Below the pieces are notes generated by a model, which saw only the letters and a list, made by a program, of their open reading frames with translations, had not been told where the DNA came from and made no database searches. This document shows, piece after piece, positions 51,482 to 62,135 of a DNA stretch of 64,000 nucleotides. The stretch's first letter is position 1. Each line of letters begins with the position of its first letter. The position numbers and the translations under genes were made by a program. This DNA is from Felis catus (lineage: Eukaryota): NCBI RefSeq assembly GCF_018350175.1, contig NC_058368.1, positions 30,630,001 to 30,694,000 on the forward strand, given 5' to 3'.

Positions 51482-51799
51482 TATAGCAGGATTCTTGCAT
51501 AGAGAGTGATGACACAGAGGCTCTTCTTTCCAAGATGCAACTTTATTCCTGCTGGCACCACGTAGGTGGGTTCGTACCCAAAGAACTGAGCCCCGAATGC
51601 CACGTGGCGTAGTTTTTTTTTTTTTATATATTTTTTTACTTCTTTGTCTCCCCAAAATGGTAACACACAAGAATGTTGTCTGATTAAGTGGTCACATGTT
51701 AGAAGGTCATGAGGGAATTTGTCACATATGGGTATAGCCAGGTTGCCTTGAGGTTTTTTTTTTTTTTTTTTTTTTCCTTAGGGAAGGGACCCTACCACA
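51482..51799 (-). mobile_element. Solo ERV LTR (318 bp), probably carnivore-specific
   Basis: Minus strand: tgtggtaggg start, TATATAAA, ggggctcagttctttg, AATAAAG, ...ctgctata end; near-TSD tgag/tgaa. Confidence 0.8.
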
Positions 51800-51806
51800 T
51801 GAAGTC

Positions 51807-51998
51807 TTTTTTTTTTTTTTTTTTTTTTTTATTGAGAGAGACAGAGTGCGAGCAGGGGAGGGACAGAGAGGGAGGGAGACACAGAATCTGAAGCAGGCTC
51901 CAGGCCCTGAGCTGTCAGCGCGGAGCCTGACACCAGGCTGGAACTGATGAACCCTGAGATCATGACCTGAGCCGAAGCCTGAGCCACCCAGGTGCCCT
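51807..51998 (-). mobile_element. Carnivore SINE with a short internal deletion
   Basis: gacctgagccgaagcctgagccaccc lacks ~15 nt present in the other copies. Confidence 0.95.
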
Positions 51999-53299
51999 GT
52001 AATGAGGAGTTTTAAATTGAGAGTAGAATTGTATTCTGCAGATGCTTGTTGGAATATAGTGCTGTTAGAATGTGGGTCTAAGCAAAATCATCACAAGGTA
52101 AATTAAATTACAGGCTCTTTAGAGTATCGAGTCAGTTCCTGGAAATGACCTGGAGATACTTTCCGTTTGTTTGTCTCCAACTGCTGGGATGTGAGAAGCC
52201 TTTCCTTAGTCATTCCATAGATTCCAGGAAAGAGAGCCTCAGGGGATCTTTGAAGTACTGTAAGGCCTTTCTTGAATTCTACTGAGCTGCTTTCGCCCCA
52301 GCTCCAGGGTGGCCTTATGCTGGCTGCAGAGATCCAGGCTTCCAAGGAGCTTCTGCTCTCTTGCTACAGATTCTTAGACTATCCAAGAATTTCTCATAAA
52401 AGTTCTATTGCTGACACCGGCCACAGCGGCCAGCAACCTGAAGGCTGTGTTGGCAGCCATTAGCCTTAGTTCCTGGCCATACCCAATATAACACCACATT
52501 GAGTGGCATTCTGGCCCTCTCTGCATTAAGACAACAATAGAACTCCATGCGGCAATATTTTACTTCCTCAGAAGAATATAGTTTATATCTCCTTCAAGAC
52601 TTTTCCTATTAATATGCAAATATTAATCCTTAGGTATTATGGCTTCACAAATACAAAGTGACTCTGGGTAAATGCAGGGAAGAAGAGAATTTTAAGAATG
52701 TGGGTCTCCCAGAGGGAAACTGAATTCTGAAGAGCAGTTCAGCAGGAGAGAAATTTGGTTTTTCTGGCCCTGCAGGCAGTGGCCTGAAGTAGTAAACTCT
52801 TATGGGATCATAGATGAGATAAATGAACTCTAATCATTTTCAGTTCATTACAGGTCTCAAGAGTCCAAATCTCAGAAAACGAGTAACTCATTGGATCCAT
52901 TGGGCGAGTCAGTCCTTATGCCCACACGTTGGGCATGTGACTGACCTTTGCCTGTCAAAAGGTATTTAATAAAATGGTGTTATCAGCAAAACGGAGGAAT
53001 AAAGGCTGAAAAATCTCACAGGTGTCTACCACAAGGGATGTTTTGAATCAGAGAAGAAAAGTATAATTGTTAAACATATTATTGAGGGCTTTTTGAGGAA
53101 GAAAAAAAAGAATCACCTAGTAAATGAGAAAGCTTAGAGCCCTATCTTGGACTAGGATGACTTTCAGAGGAAATGAGGTGAAGTATGCAAATTAATTTTT
53201 TTAAAAAATCAAGGTAGGGAAAGGCATCCAACATGAAGGAGAAAGTCAAGGAAAAAGCCAGAAGAAACAGAAGTGGCAGAATTCATTATTTTAAAAATG

Positions 53300-53660
53300 A
53301 GTAGGATTAGATTTGTCAAAAGAGGACCAGAATAACTAGAAGGCATACTATAAAGTTGGGGAATGTATATTATGTTTAGTAGTCAAAGAGTTAATATTTC
53401 TAATAGCTCCTACAAAGCAATATGAAAAAGGTGAACACCCCAATGGAAATATGAGCAAAGAACTTTAACTGACATTTTACAAAGAAGAAATGTAAATGGC
53501 CAAGTTTATATGTGAAAATATATTCCATCTCCCTAACATTCAAAGAAATAAAATGAAAATAACAATGAGATGTCATTTTCACCTACTAAATCGTCAAGGA
53601 TATTAAAAATACTATATCAAGTATTTAGGTGAATACAGTGAAAGGGAAGCTCTTGGTAAT
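53300..53660 (+). mobile_element. Old L1 (L1ME/MC) ORF2 3' fragment
   Basis: gctcctacaaagcaat, acattttacaaagaagaaatgtaaatggccaa, acaatgagatgtcattttcaccta. Confidence 0.8.
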
Positions 53661-54113
53661 GGTTGGGCGTTTTGGGGGCTCGATTGTAAGGACATGTCTT
53701 TTTAAACTGAGGTTTTAATAGTAAAGATTTTGTGGCAGTTTTGTTGTTGAAAATAAACCAAATTTGGTCTGCTGAAGCAAAAGAAATCCTTGTTGGGAGG
53801 GATCGTGGTATCTCCTGGAATTTAAGATGGTGCTGAACAGCCAGGCCTTGGCAATAGCAGGAATCCGGAAGCTCTAAGAAACAGATGGAACAGAAGTCTT
53901 GACCCTGGGAAGAATCGAGGCAGAAGAATCCTGGGAAGGATCTCTTCTCTCTAGAATGCTCTCAATGTCACTCTGCCTTGCTACATAGCAAGGTGCCTTG
54001 ATAAGATTCCTGGAAGGTTGTTTCCAACCTATGCTAGAGGACTCTACACTAGAGCTTTGTCATGTGTGAAGTGTAGTTTCTAGAGAATTGTGCTGTCTGA
54101 CATGTCATTTTTA

Positions 54114-54316
54114 AAAAATATTTTTAATGTTTATTTTCGAGAGAGAGACACAGAGCTTGAGTGGGGGAGGCACAGAGAGAGAGGGAGACACAGAATCTGA
54201 AGCAGGCTCCCAGCTGTCAGCACAGAGCTTGATGCTGGGCTAGAACTCAACAAGCCATGAGATCCTGACCTGAGCGGAAGTCTGAAGCTTAATTCACTGA
54301 GCCACCCAGGTACCCC
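54114..54316 (-). mobile_element. Carnivore SINE
   Basis: TSD tgacatgtcattttta/tggcatgtcattttta (54098-54113, 54317-54332). Confidence 0.97.
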
Positions 54317-54786
54317 TGGCATGTCATTTTTATGCAAACTAAACTAGAGCTAGGAGAGGGGAAGGAATATCAAGAATGATCAGTGGTACTGCCCCTGATA
54401 AATCTTAACTCCCATCTGAAAACCAACCAATCAGTATTTTTTTGGTGCTTATTTTATGTTAAGAATTATGGCAGGCCCTAGAAATTAACATACTTATATT
54501 ATGTATAATTGTTAGTCTTTAAGAAAAATTGCCTCTTGATCTCTTGCTAGCTCAGTTCATTAGATGTCTTCAGGCATGCTTTTTGGTGTCCTGTTTTTGT
54601 GGTGGTTCTGCATGATTTAACTTGCAATTTATAGACAATATATCATATATGCTTTGTACTCTACAGATCCCATTTGTAGTCTTTTTTTAAGAAAAATATT
54701 GGAGCTTTATCTTGGCTTGCATATGTTAGGAAAATTTCAAGTTCTTATAATTCTCTAATTAAAAAAAAGCCACTTGAGAGGTCAGG

Positions 54787-54961
54787 TTTTTTTTTTTTTT
54801 AATGTTTATTTATTTTGAGAGGAAGAGAACGAGTCTGAGTGGGGGAGAAGCAGAGAAAGCGGGAGAGATAGAATCCCACTCTGACTCGGACAGGGTTCAA
54901 TCTCCTGAACTGAGCCAAAATCAAGTCAGATACTTAACCAACTGAGCCACCCAGGCACCCC
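54787..54961 (-). mobile_element. Carnivore SINE, internally deleted
   Basis: TSD gagaggtcag/gaggggtcag; head ...ctgagccacccaggcacccc. Confidence 0.93.
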
Positions 54962-55179
54962 GAGGGGTCAGTTTTTAGGCAACATACATTATTAGTCAAC
55001 TCTAAGTTACTTATTCAAATATCTGTAGGTAGCAAGCCTATGTTTCTGAATATTTTATATTTCAAATTTTTTATTAATGAAAGCAGCCCAAATCAATTTT
55101 TAATGAGATATAACAGAACAATATTAGAAAAGAAGAATGGGGTGGTAATCTATATATGAAAAATGATATATAGATATAA

Positions 55180-55370
55180 AGCACAATAATTAAAATCATG
55201 GACCCTGTCATTTAATAGCTGGATGACCAAAGGTAAATTGTAAACCTTCTGTGGGTCTAATTTTCACTATGTTAAATATGGAGGCATTAATAGTTTATAC
55301 CTCATAGTTTTATGTGATAAGTGAGCTAATATATATAAGGAGTTAGCAAAGTAACCAGCAATAACTTTAA
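55180..55370 (+). mobile_element. MIR fragment
   Basis: taatagctggatgacc...tacctcatag...gagctaatatatataaggagttagca. Confidence 0.65.
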
Positions 55371-55589
55371 TCAGTGGTCACTTTATTAAATATCAGGTAC
55401 ATTGGAACAGTGATACACATAGATGACAAGTAGGAAGTACAGAGCCTATGTATTCTCCTAGGTTAATTTACGATCAACTCATTGTTTAAAGAGCTGGATT
55501 AATATGATGGTTCAAAAAACTTGAAATATGACCTACAAAAGTTAGAGTATTGAACTCAGAAAGTGAATATAACACTGATTTTAAAAAAA

Positions 55590-55855
55590 ATTTAACACTT
55601 TATTACATTCTTAGGTAAGGTTTAGGTTCTGAGATAAATGGAAAAGAAGAAGGCAGAGATTTTCCATATACTCTCACCGCTACACATACATAACTTCCCT
55701 CATTATCAACACTTCACGCCAGATGGTACATTTGTTACAATTGATAAAACTACCTTGAGCCATCGTAATCCCTCTAAGTCCATAGTTTACCTTAGGTTTC
55801 ACCTGCTGTTGTTTACTCTGTGGATTTCGACAAATGTACAATGACGTGTGTCCAT
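55590..55855 (-). mobile_element. L1MC-type 3' end
   Basis: ggtacatttgttacaattgat, aagtccatagtttac; same family as 612-1052, opposite strand. Confidence 0.85.
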
Positions 55856-56544
55856 ACCTCTAGTTGTTAAGAAGTGTTAGTTGGCATTGCGAATGGTTAA
55901 AAGATGGTCTAGAATTGGTTGTAGGCCATATTGTCCAAATGGACCTTCTGGTCTTTGAAGCATTCGTTTTCAGCCTGAGTAGCATTTGCAATGACCGTTG
56001 TGGAGTCTTAAAGATAAGCTATTAAAAAGGCAAGACTTTATTTATTCAACCTTTGTTTACCTAGAAGCAGCTGTTATTTTCCAGAATTACCTCAAAGAGA
56101 AGCAGAGCAGTCAGACTGGGAAAGGGGAGAGGAAAACCTGAACAGAGTGGTAAGGCTGTGAATTTAAAAGTGATGAATAAGAAAGACCAAAGATGGGATA
56201 GATGAATTTTCAGAGGACTAGCTTCCTGGGGGGATGGGAGGGGCAGTTGTGGAGAGGGTGGAATAAAACTACAAGATCAGATATTCTCATTTACATGTGC
56301 TTGCTGGCATTCTTCTGACAGAAGAAAAAATATATATAATGGGAAAAGAAATGTAAGATGTCATCCCACATCAACAAATTTGATATTCAGGGGATTCATC
56401 TGAATTCCCATTTAGATGTGTTTAAAAAAATATCAACAGCAAAACAACAAACAGGTGGTAGTGGAAAATTAAAATATCCTAAATTGAGTGAACTCCTGTA
56501 ATTATAAGATCGGCTTCAGGCCACCTATCAATTATACATTTAAA

Positions 56545-56650
56545 GTACTGGAGGACAGGGATTGCAGCTGACACATCTTTGTATCCCCCGAAGCAGTGAG
56601 CACAGTGACTTGCATATAGCAGATATTCAGCAAATATTTGTGGAGGGAAT
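56545..56650 (+). mobile_element. L2 3' end fragment
   Basis: catctttgtatcccc...agcacagtgacttgcatatagcagatattcagcaaatatttg. Confidence 0.7.
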
Positions 56651-57937
56651 TCTTCATGGAATGCAAAATAGGTGGGGGACCTGGTCCTTACATTTCTGGA
56701 GCTTCCACTTTTCAGGGACAGACCAAACTAATGAACATCCATTTACTGAACAGCATTTATAAAATGCAAAATGCCTGACGATTTCGGTGATCATAACTTA
56801 AGAGTAGTACGTTTTATGGTTTTGCAGAGTCAACAAACACAATTTTGAAAAAAAAAAATCAGTGTGATTCGGAGTATGTACAAAGGACTATGGAGAAGAT
56901 AGACACGGATGTGGTCTTTGAGGAAAGGGAGTTTTAGAAAGGTGAAATGAGAACGTAAGATACGTAAAATGCAGTTTTAACACCATCGGCTTCAAGGTAA
57001 ATTACAAAAATATTAATATTTATAGTAATTGAACAGAAAGGAAACAAAGGAACAGTAATGAATGGATATATACTGAACTTTATGAATTCCATATGAAGCT
57101 GCTATTTAAAGACATCATAATTTATTTCTGCATGATGGAACTAGTGACTGGCACACTGCTAAATCTATTAGAGGAAATACGTCTTTTGGTTCAGTTAATT
57201 CAATTCCGCAAGTATTTATTAAGCACTTATCTGAGCAAAGCACTATAGAATCATCCATGGACAAGCAATTAAAATTTAACTGGTTCAGAGAATATTTGCT
57301 ACATTATTTCACTTTAAAAAGAGTTAACTGTTACCATATTCCCTTCTTGATCTTCTTCTAGAAGTGCCCTAATTTAGAGGTTTGAGATTAGAATAAATAT
57401 AGTATCACTCAAGCTGAGCATCTCCATTTTCATACCCACACTGGGTTTAGAGAAATGGCATTACTAAAAAAAAAATAGCTTGTCTCCTTAGAATGCCATT
57501 TACAATACACTTTTACACTAATTACCTCATTGGCTCCTCAGAACAAACCATTAAAAATGACTGGATAGATAGAATTTTTTATTTTGCATGTCAGGAAACA
57601 GAGGCTGAGATAGTTTATTTTTCAAGAGCTTTCTACGGGTTGGTTGGAAATCATGCTTTGAGTGCAAGATCTTAAGAAAAATAAAATTTTCTTTCAACTA
57701 TATAATGCCACAACAGAAGTAGCCATGTTGCCACATTATGCAGTGAGGAGTTTAATTTATGGAAGTTTTTCCACTGTTTGTGAGAAGCTCGAAGAGTACT
57801 TGGTAAGAAAAACTCAATGACCTGGTCCTCTGAATGGTCTGCTAGGGTCACGTGTCTAACTATTCAACAACATAGCTAGGTGAATAAAATGAAGGAGAAA
57901 AGGACACAAAATTTTCAAAAAAATTGATCAGCGTGGT

Positions 57938-58195
57938 CTGGTTCTTAGCCAGGAAATTTTGCCCTGGCCAGAGAAGAGGAGATAATCTGTGGACATTTTT
58001 TTTTTTAAATTATTTTTTTAGTTTTAGCGAGAGGGAGACAAAGATTGAGAGAACACAAGCAGGGGAGAAGAACAGAGGAAGAGAGGGAATCCCAAGTGTG
58101 GAGCCTGACGTGAGCTTCAATCCCACAACCCTGGGATCATGACCTGAGCTGAAGCCGAGAGTCGGATGCTTAACCGACTGAGCCACCCCTCCCTG

Positions 58196-58239
<44 letters not shown>

Positions 58240-58445
58240 ATTTTTAGAGAGTGAAAGAGCATGAGCAGTGGACAGTTTTGGTAGTCACAACTGGAAGGGT
58301 AGGTCCCACTGACAGATAAAGGCTAGGGATGCTGTTAAGTATCCTACAATGCACAGGACAGCCTACTACCACCACCACTAACACACACAGCAAAAAAGTA
58401 TCTGGTTCAAAACATAAATGCTAATGCCGAGGTTAGCAAAACCTG
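57938..58445 (+). mobile_element. MER20 DNA transposon, split by a composite SINE insertion
   Basis: ctggttct...attttgccc left arm; ttttggtagtcacaactgg...agggatgctgttaagtatcctacaatgcacaggacagcc right arm. Confidence 0.88.
58001..58193 (-). mobile_element. Carnivore SINE (older subtype) inside MER20
   Basis: gggatcatgacctgagctgaa...ttaaccgactgagccaccc. Confidence 0.93.
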
Positions 58446-58494
58446 GGATAGACCAGTCCAGGTAAAAATAAGCTAACATTTAAAATACATGAAA

Positions 58495-58707
58495 GAGGCA
58501 CCTGGGTGGCTCAGTTGGTTAAGCATCAGACTTCAGCTCAGGTCATGATCTCATGGTCCATGGGTTGGAGCCCCGCATCGGGCTCTGTGCTGATGGCTCA
58601 GAGCCTGGAGCCGGCTTCAGATTCCGTGTCTCCCTCTCTCTCTCTGCCCCTTCCCTGCTCTCTGCTCACTCTCTTTCTCTCAAAAATAAGTAAACATTAA
58701 AATAATT
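58495..58707 (+). mobile_element. Carnivore SINE (SINEC_Fc type)
   Basis: gaggcacctgggtggctcag head through ctcaaaaataagtaaacattaaaa tail. Confidence 0.97.
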
Positions 58708-58779
58708 TAAAATTTGTGAAGTATATGAATATTGAGGTGCTTCTGATGATTACACAATCTCTAACTATCACGGTATTTT

Positions 58780-59010
58780 TGTTGTTTTTTTTTTTTAAGA
58801 TTATCTTGAGAGAGGGTGCAGGTGTTTGCACGTGGGTGAGTGGGGGAGGGGCAGAGAGAGAAGGAGAGAGAGGCAGACAGAGAATCCCAAGCAGGTTCCT
58901 TGCTGTCAGCACAAAGCCCCTTGCAGGGTCTCCATCCCACTAACTGAGATCTTGACCTGAGCCGAAATCAAGAACTGGGCACTCAACCCACTGGGCCGCC
59001 CAAATGCCCC
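58780..59010 (-). mobile_element. Carnivore SINE (older subtype)
   Basis: gagaatcccaagcagg...gacctgagccgaaatcaaga...tgcccc. Confidence 0.93.
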
Positions 59011-59799
59011 TCATATTCTTCTTGTTAGCCTTAAATCATCTGAGATTTGGGAGTTGCCAAATTCACCTATTTCCCTCCATAAATATTTACTTCCTCTGTA
59101 GTGACAGTTTGAAAAATAAAGAAAACCATTCCCTCATGATTCTTGCTGTCATATTACCATTGTTACTATTTTTTTGAGCATCAAATAATGCTGTAGGCTT
59201 GGTGTACCACTTGCCTTTGTTTAGTTAAAACAGGCATTCAGTAAAATGATTGCTAGTCAAGGGAGGGCAAGTCACCAGACTCATGACACAGAACTAAGGA
59301 AACACACATGTCCTGGTCAATCCATCACTTCTTGTATGGATTTCTTGTTGAAATAGTCTGAGGGCAACTTGCTTTGGTCAGGTCGCTTCCATAGTGCATG
59401 GATACATCTAGTAAAATTGCTTAATTTGGGAATCATCAAACAACTGCTGTTTGTTCCCATCAACGTAATATTTACAAGCGTACATTTGGAGGACAAAAGG
59501 AAAACACCAAAAATGAAAGCAGAAGCCAGTTTGTGGAGATTCTTGTACAACATACAAAGGAGTGTGAACTTTATCCCATAGCTGGCGGAAGACACAACTT
59601 GGGTTTAATTACAAGTGTGTCCAGGGTGGTCAGCTCTGCTTTTTAGATAAATCAATTTGATGGTTTATGTGGATGATGGATTTTCATCAAGATGAAAGAG
59701 GAGAACAATGAGCGAATTCTGGGTCTGTTATTACACCAATAAATATTTGTTGACTATATTAAATGATTAAATTGTATGCAGTGAACTTGTATCAAGACA

Positions 59800-60092
59800 C
59801 ATTTGGCTCTTGAGCAACACGGATTTGAACAGTGCAGGTCCATTTATGTGTACATTTTATTTGATAAATATAGTAAGAGTACTGTAAATTTATTTTCTCT
59901 CTTGATTTTCTTACATTTTCTTTAGCTTTATTGTAATACAGTATATAATACACATAACATGCCAAATATGTGTTAATTGACTGTTAGCAGTAAGGCTGTT
60001 AGTAAAGTTTTGGGTGAGTTGGGTTATACATGGACTTTTGATTGCACAGGGGAGTCAGTACCTTAACCCCTGCATTGTTTAAAGGTCAACTG
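59800..60092 (+). mobile_element. Tigger2a-like DNA transposon
   Basis: TIRs catttggctcttgagcaac / attgtttaaaggtcaactg followed by TA. Confidence 0.88.
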
Positions 60093-60224
60093 TATACAGT
60101 ATGCATACTATCTCAGCTAACTTTTACTTCATTCATTCATATAAACAACAAATATCGAGTGGCATATTTTGCGACAGTCTCTGGACAGTGGCTGCATGCA
60201 ACTCGTTGTAGAAATCTATAAACT

Positions 60225-61314
60225 GAAAAAAAAATTACCTTCCCACTACATTTTCAACACACAGTACAAAGGAAAGCCAAATGTAATAATCACTCCTATT
60301 CAAAGAGGGGAAGAAAGGGAATCACACAGTAGTCATTGATAGACAGCTATTGTGAAAGGCCAATGGGTGGATGCTGTGAGACCCTTTATTCTGGGTATCA
60401 GTGATATTCTTTGATAGGCTCCACTTCTGTCCTGTGACTAGCTCTCAAGTTCATTGTTCTCCAAGGCTTTGACTCAACCCTCTCGGTGGTCTTTCCTGTT
60501 CTACGATACTTCTTCCCGACATCTGAGGGAGGCATGGAAGAAAGGCCTCCTCCTTGGTGCTGAGCTGCATTCTCAGTCTGCCACCTGTCCTTACAAAAGT
60601 TGGGGGCCAATAATTGTTTTACTTCAACACTCAGTCTTTTTTGGTCTAGCTTTACAGCACTTTTGGCAATATAACTCTCTCAAACTTTTTAATATATTTG
60701 ATTCTACTCACCACCATGTGCCAATATATCTATAGACTTACAGACATTTTGAGATTATTAGACTTCTATAGATTGTGTTCTTAGCTACTTTTCGCTGAGC
60801 CATTTTGTTGGGGGAAAAAAAATACTGGAAGACCTCTTAATCCAATCAAAGGTCTTAACAAAAAGTCCCTCAGACTGGTCTTTCTTCCCAGCTCTCTCTC
60901 AATGTGAGTCATTTAAAGTCTTGAAGAGACTGGAGAGGAGAATCGGTTGCATCTTTGAACTTTGAAAGTTCAGGGATATTTGGATTCTCTTGTTCGCTTC
61001 TTATTCCTTCTAGTAAATAGGCCAATCATTTCCTGAGCTCATTGCCTTCTCTTGATGCTTATCAACTGCAGCTAGGAACAAGCTACTTGCGCTGAGTATT
61101 CTGTCTCCAAATCTCCTTGCCCAAACCTGAAGATTCCAGAGTCTTCCTTGTGAGTTACTTTGGGTGACAGTGTTGCCACGTATCTGGCCATAAAATGTCA
61201 CCATTTGCCTGGCCTCAAATAAATTCCTGTGCTGCTTTCCACTCAGCTGCATAGCCACATGACCCGTTCCTCAGGTTTTTGCTCTGCCAGCACCCACCTC
61301 CCGGGTATCCGTTT
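60225..61314 (-). mobile_element. MaLR internal sequence (MLT1-int)
   Basis: cactcctattcaaagagggg block; LTR junction cagcacccacctcccgggtatccgtttc. Confidence 0.65.
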
Positions 61315-61760
61315 CGATATACCCTATTGCTACAGTGGTGCTATGAACCCAGTACTCCTCAGATGCCAGTGGTTTGCAAAAATCTGTATTGATTTCTCAT
61401 CCACAGATCTGGATTGGCTGCAGCAGCCCTACTCCAGGCCCTGGGCCAGTTGCTGGTTTGCACCACATACCCTCTCACTCAAGAATGTAGTCTGAAGGAG
61501 CAGCTCTTACATGGGCACACTGTTGTCCTGCTACAGCAGAGAGGCCAGGAGGGATTTCAGTGGATCAGTAAGCTTGTAGTGACCCAGAAAGAGTCCACTC
61601 AAACATGGCTCTTGGACTTTTACCCCTGTTCCATTGGCCGGTGCACATCGTGTGGCCAAGTGCAACATCAATGGGATGGGCGGTGAGTATTCCTCCCAGG
61701 GCAGGTGCACAGGGGAAAGTGGATCTTACTCTAATATACTAATACTCTAATATAATCCTC
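61315..61760 (-). mobile_element. MaLR LTR, MLT1H-like, attached to the internal sequence
   Basis: ctattgctacag start; ttccattggcc...tggccaagtgcaacatcaatgggatggg block. Confidence 0.7.
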
Positions 61761-61781
61761 TATAAGAATTCAGTGTGTGTT

Positions 61782-61928
61782 GGGGTGCCTGGGTGGCTCA
61801 GCAGTTAAGCATCTGACTTCTGCTCAGGTTATGATCTCGGTTCCTGGGTTTGAGCCCTGTGTCGGGCTCTGTGTTGACAGCTTAGAGCCTGGAGCCTGCT
61901 TCAGATTCTGTGTCTCCTTCTCTCTTCC

Positions 61929-61976
<48 letters not shown>

Positions 61977-62010
61977 GTCTCTGTCTCAAATAAATATTAA
62001 AAAACAAAAG
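61782..62010 (+). mobile_element. Carnivore SINE with long (CT)n
   Basis: TSD tcagtgtgtgt at 61770-61780 and 62011-62021. Confidence 0.97.
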
Positions 62011-62103
62011 TCAGTGTGTGTGTGTGTGTGCAGGGTATGTGTTGGAGTCTATGTGGATCCATAGGAATCAATGTTTCCTTGGATTTGTAAACACTTGTGT
62101 TTA

Positions 62104-62135
62104 AAGACTATACTTTCAGGGATCATTTCTATAGT
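62104..62135 (+). pseudogene. U3: 3'-truncated (tailless) U3 snoRNA retropseudogene
   Basis: aagactatactttcagggatcatttctatagt equals the first 32 nt of mammalian U3 snoRNA as recalled; flanked by 17-bp direct repeats gtaaacacttg[t/g]gttta (62087-62103, 62138-62154); no poly-A. Confidence 0.92.

Noticed and set aside
3882..58700. Recurrent peptide family MAQSV...GSVLTAQSLEPASDSVS in many ORFs
   Set aside because: Translations of SINE copies, not a gene family
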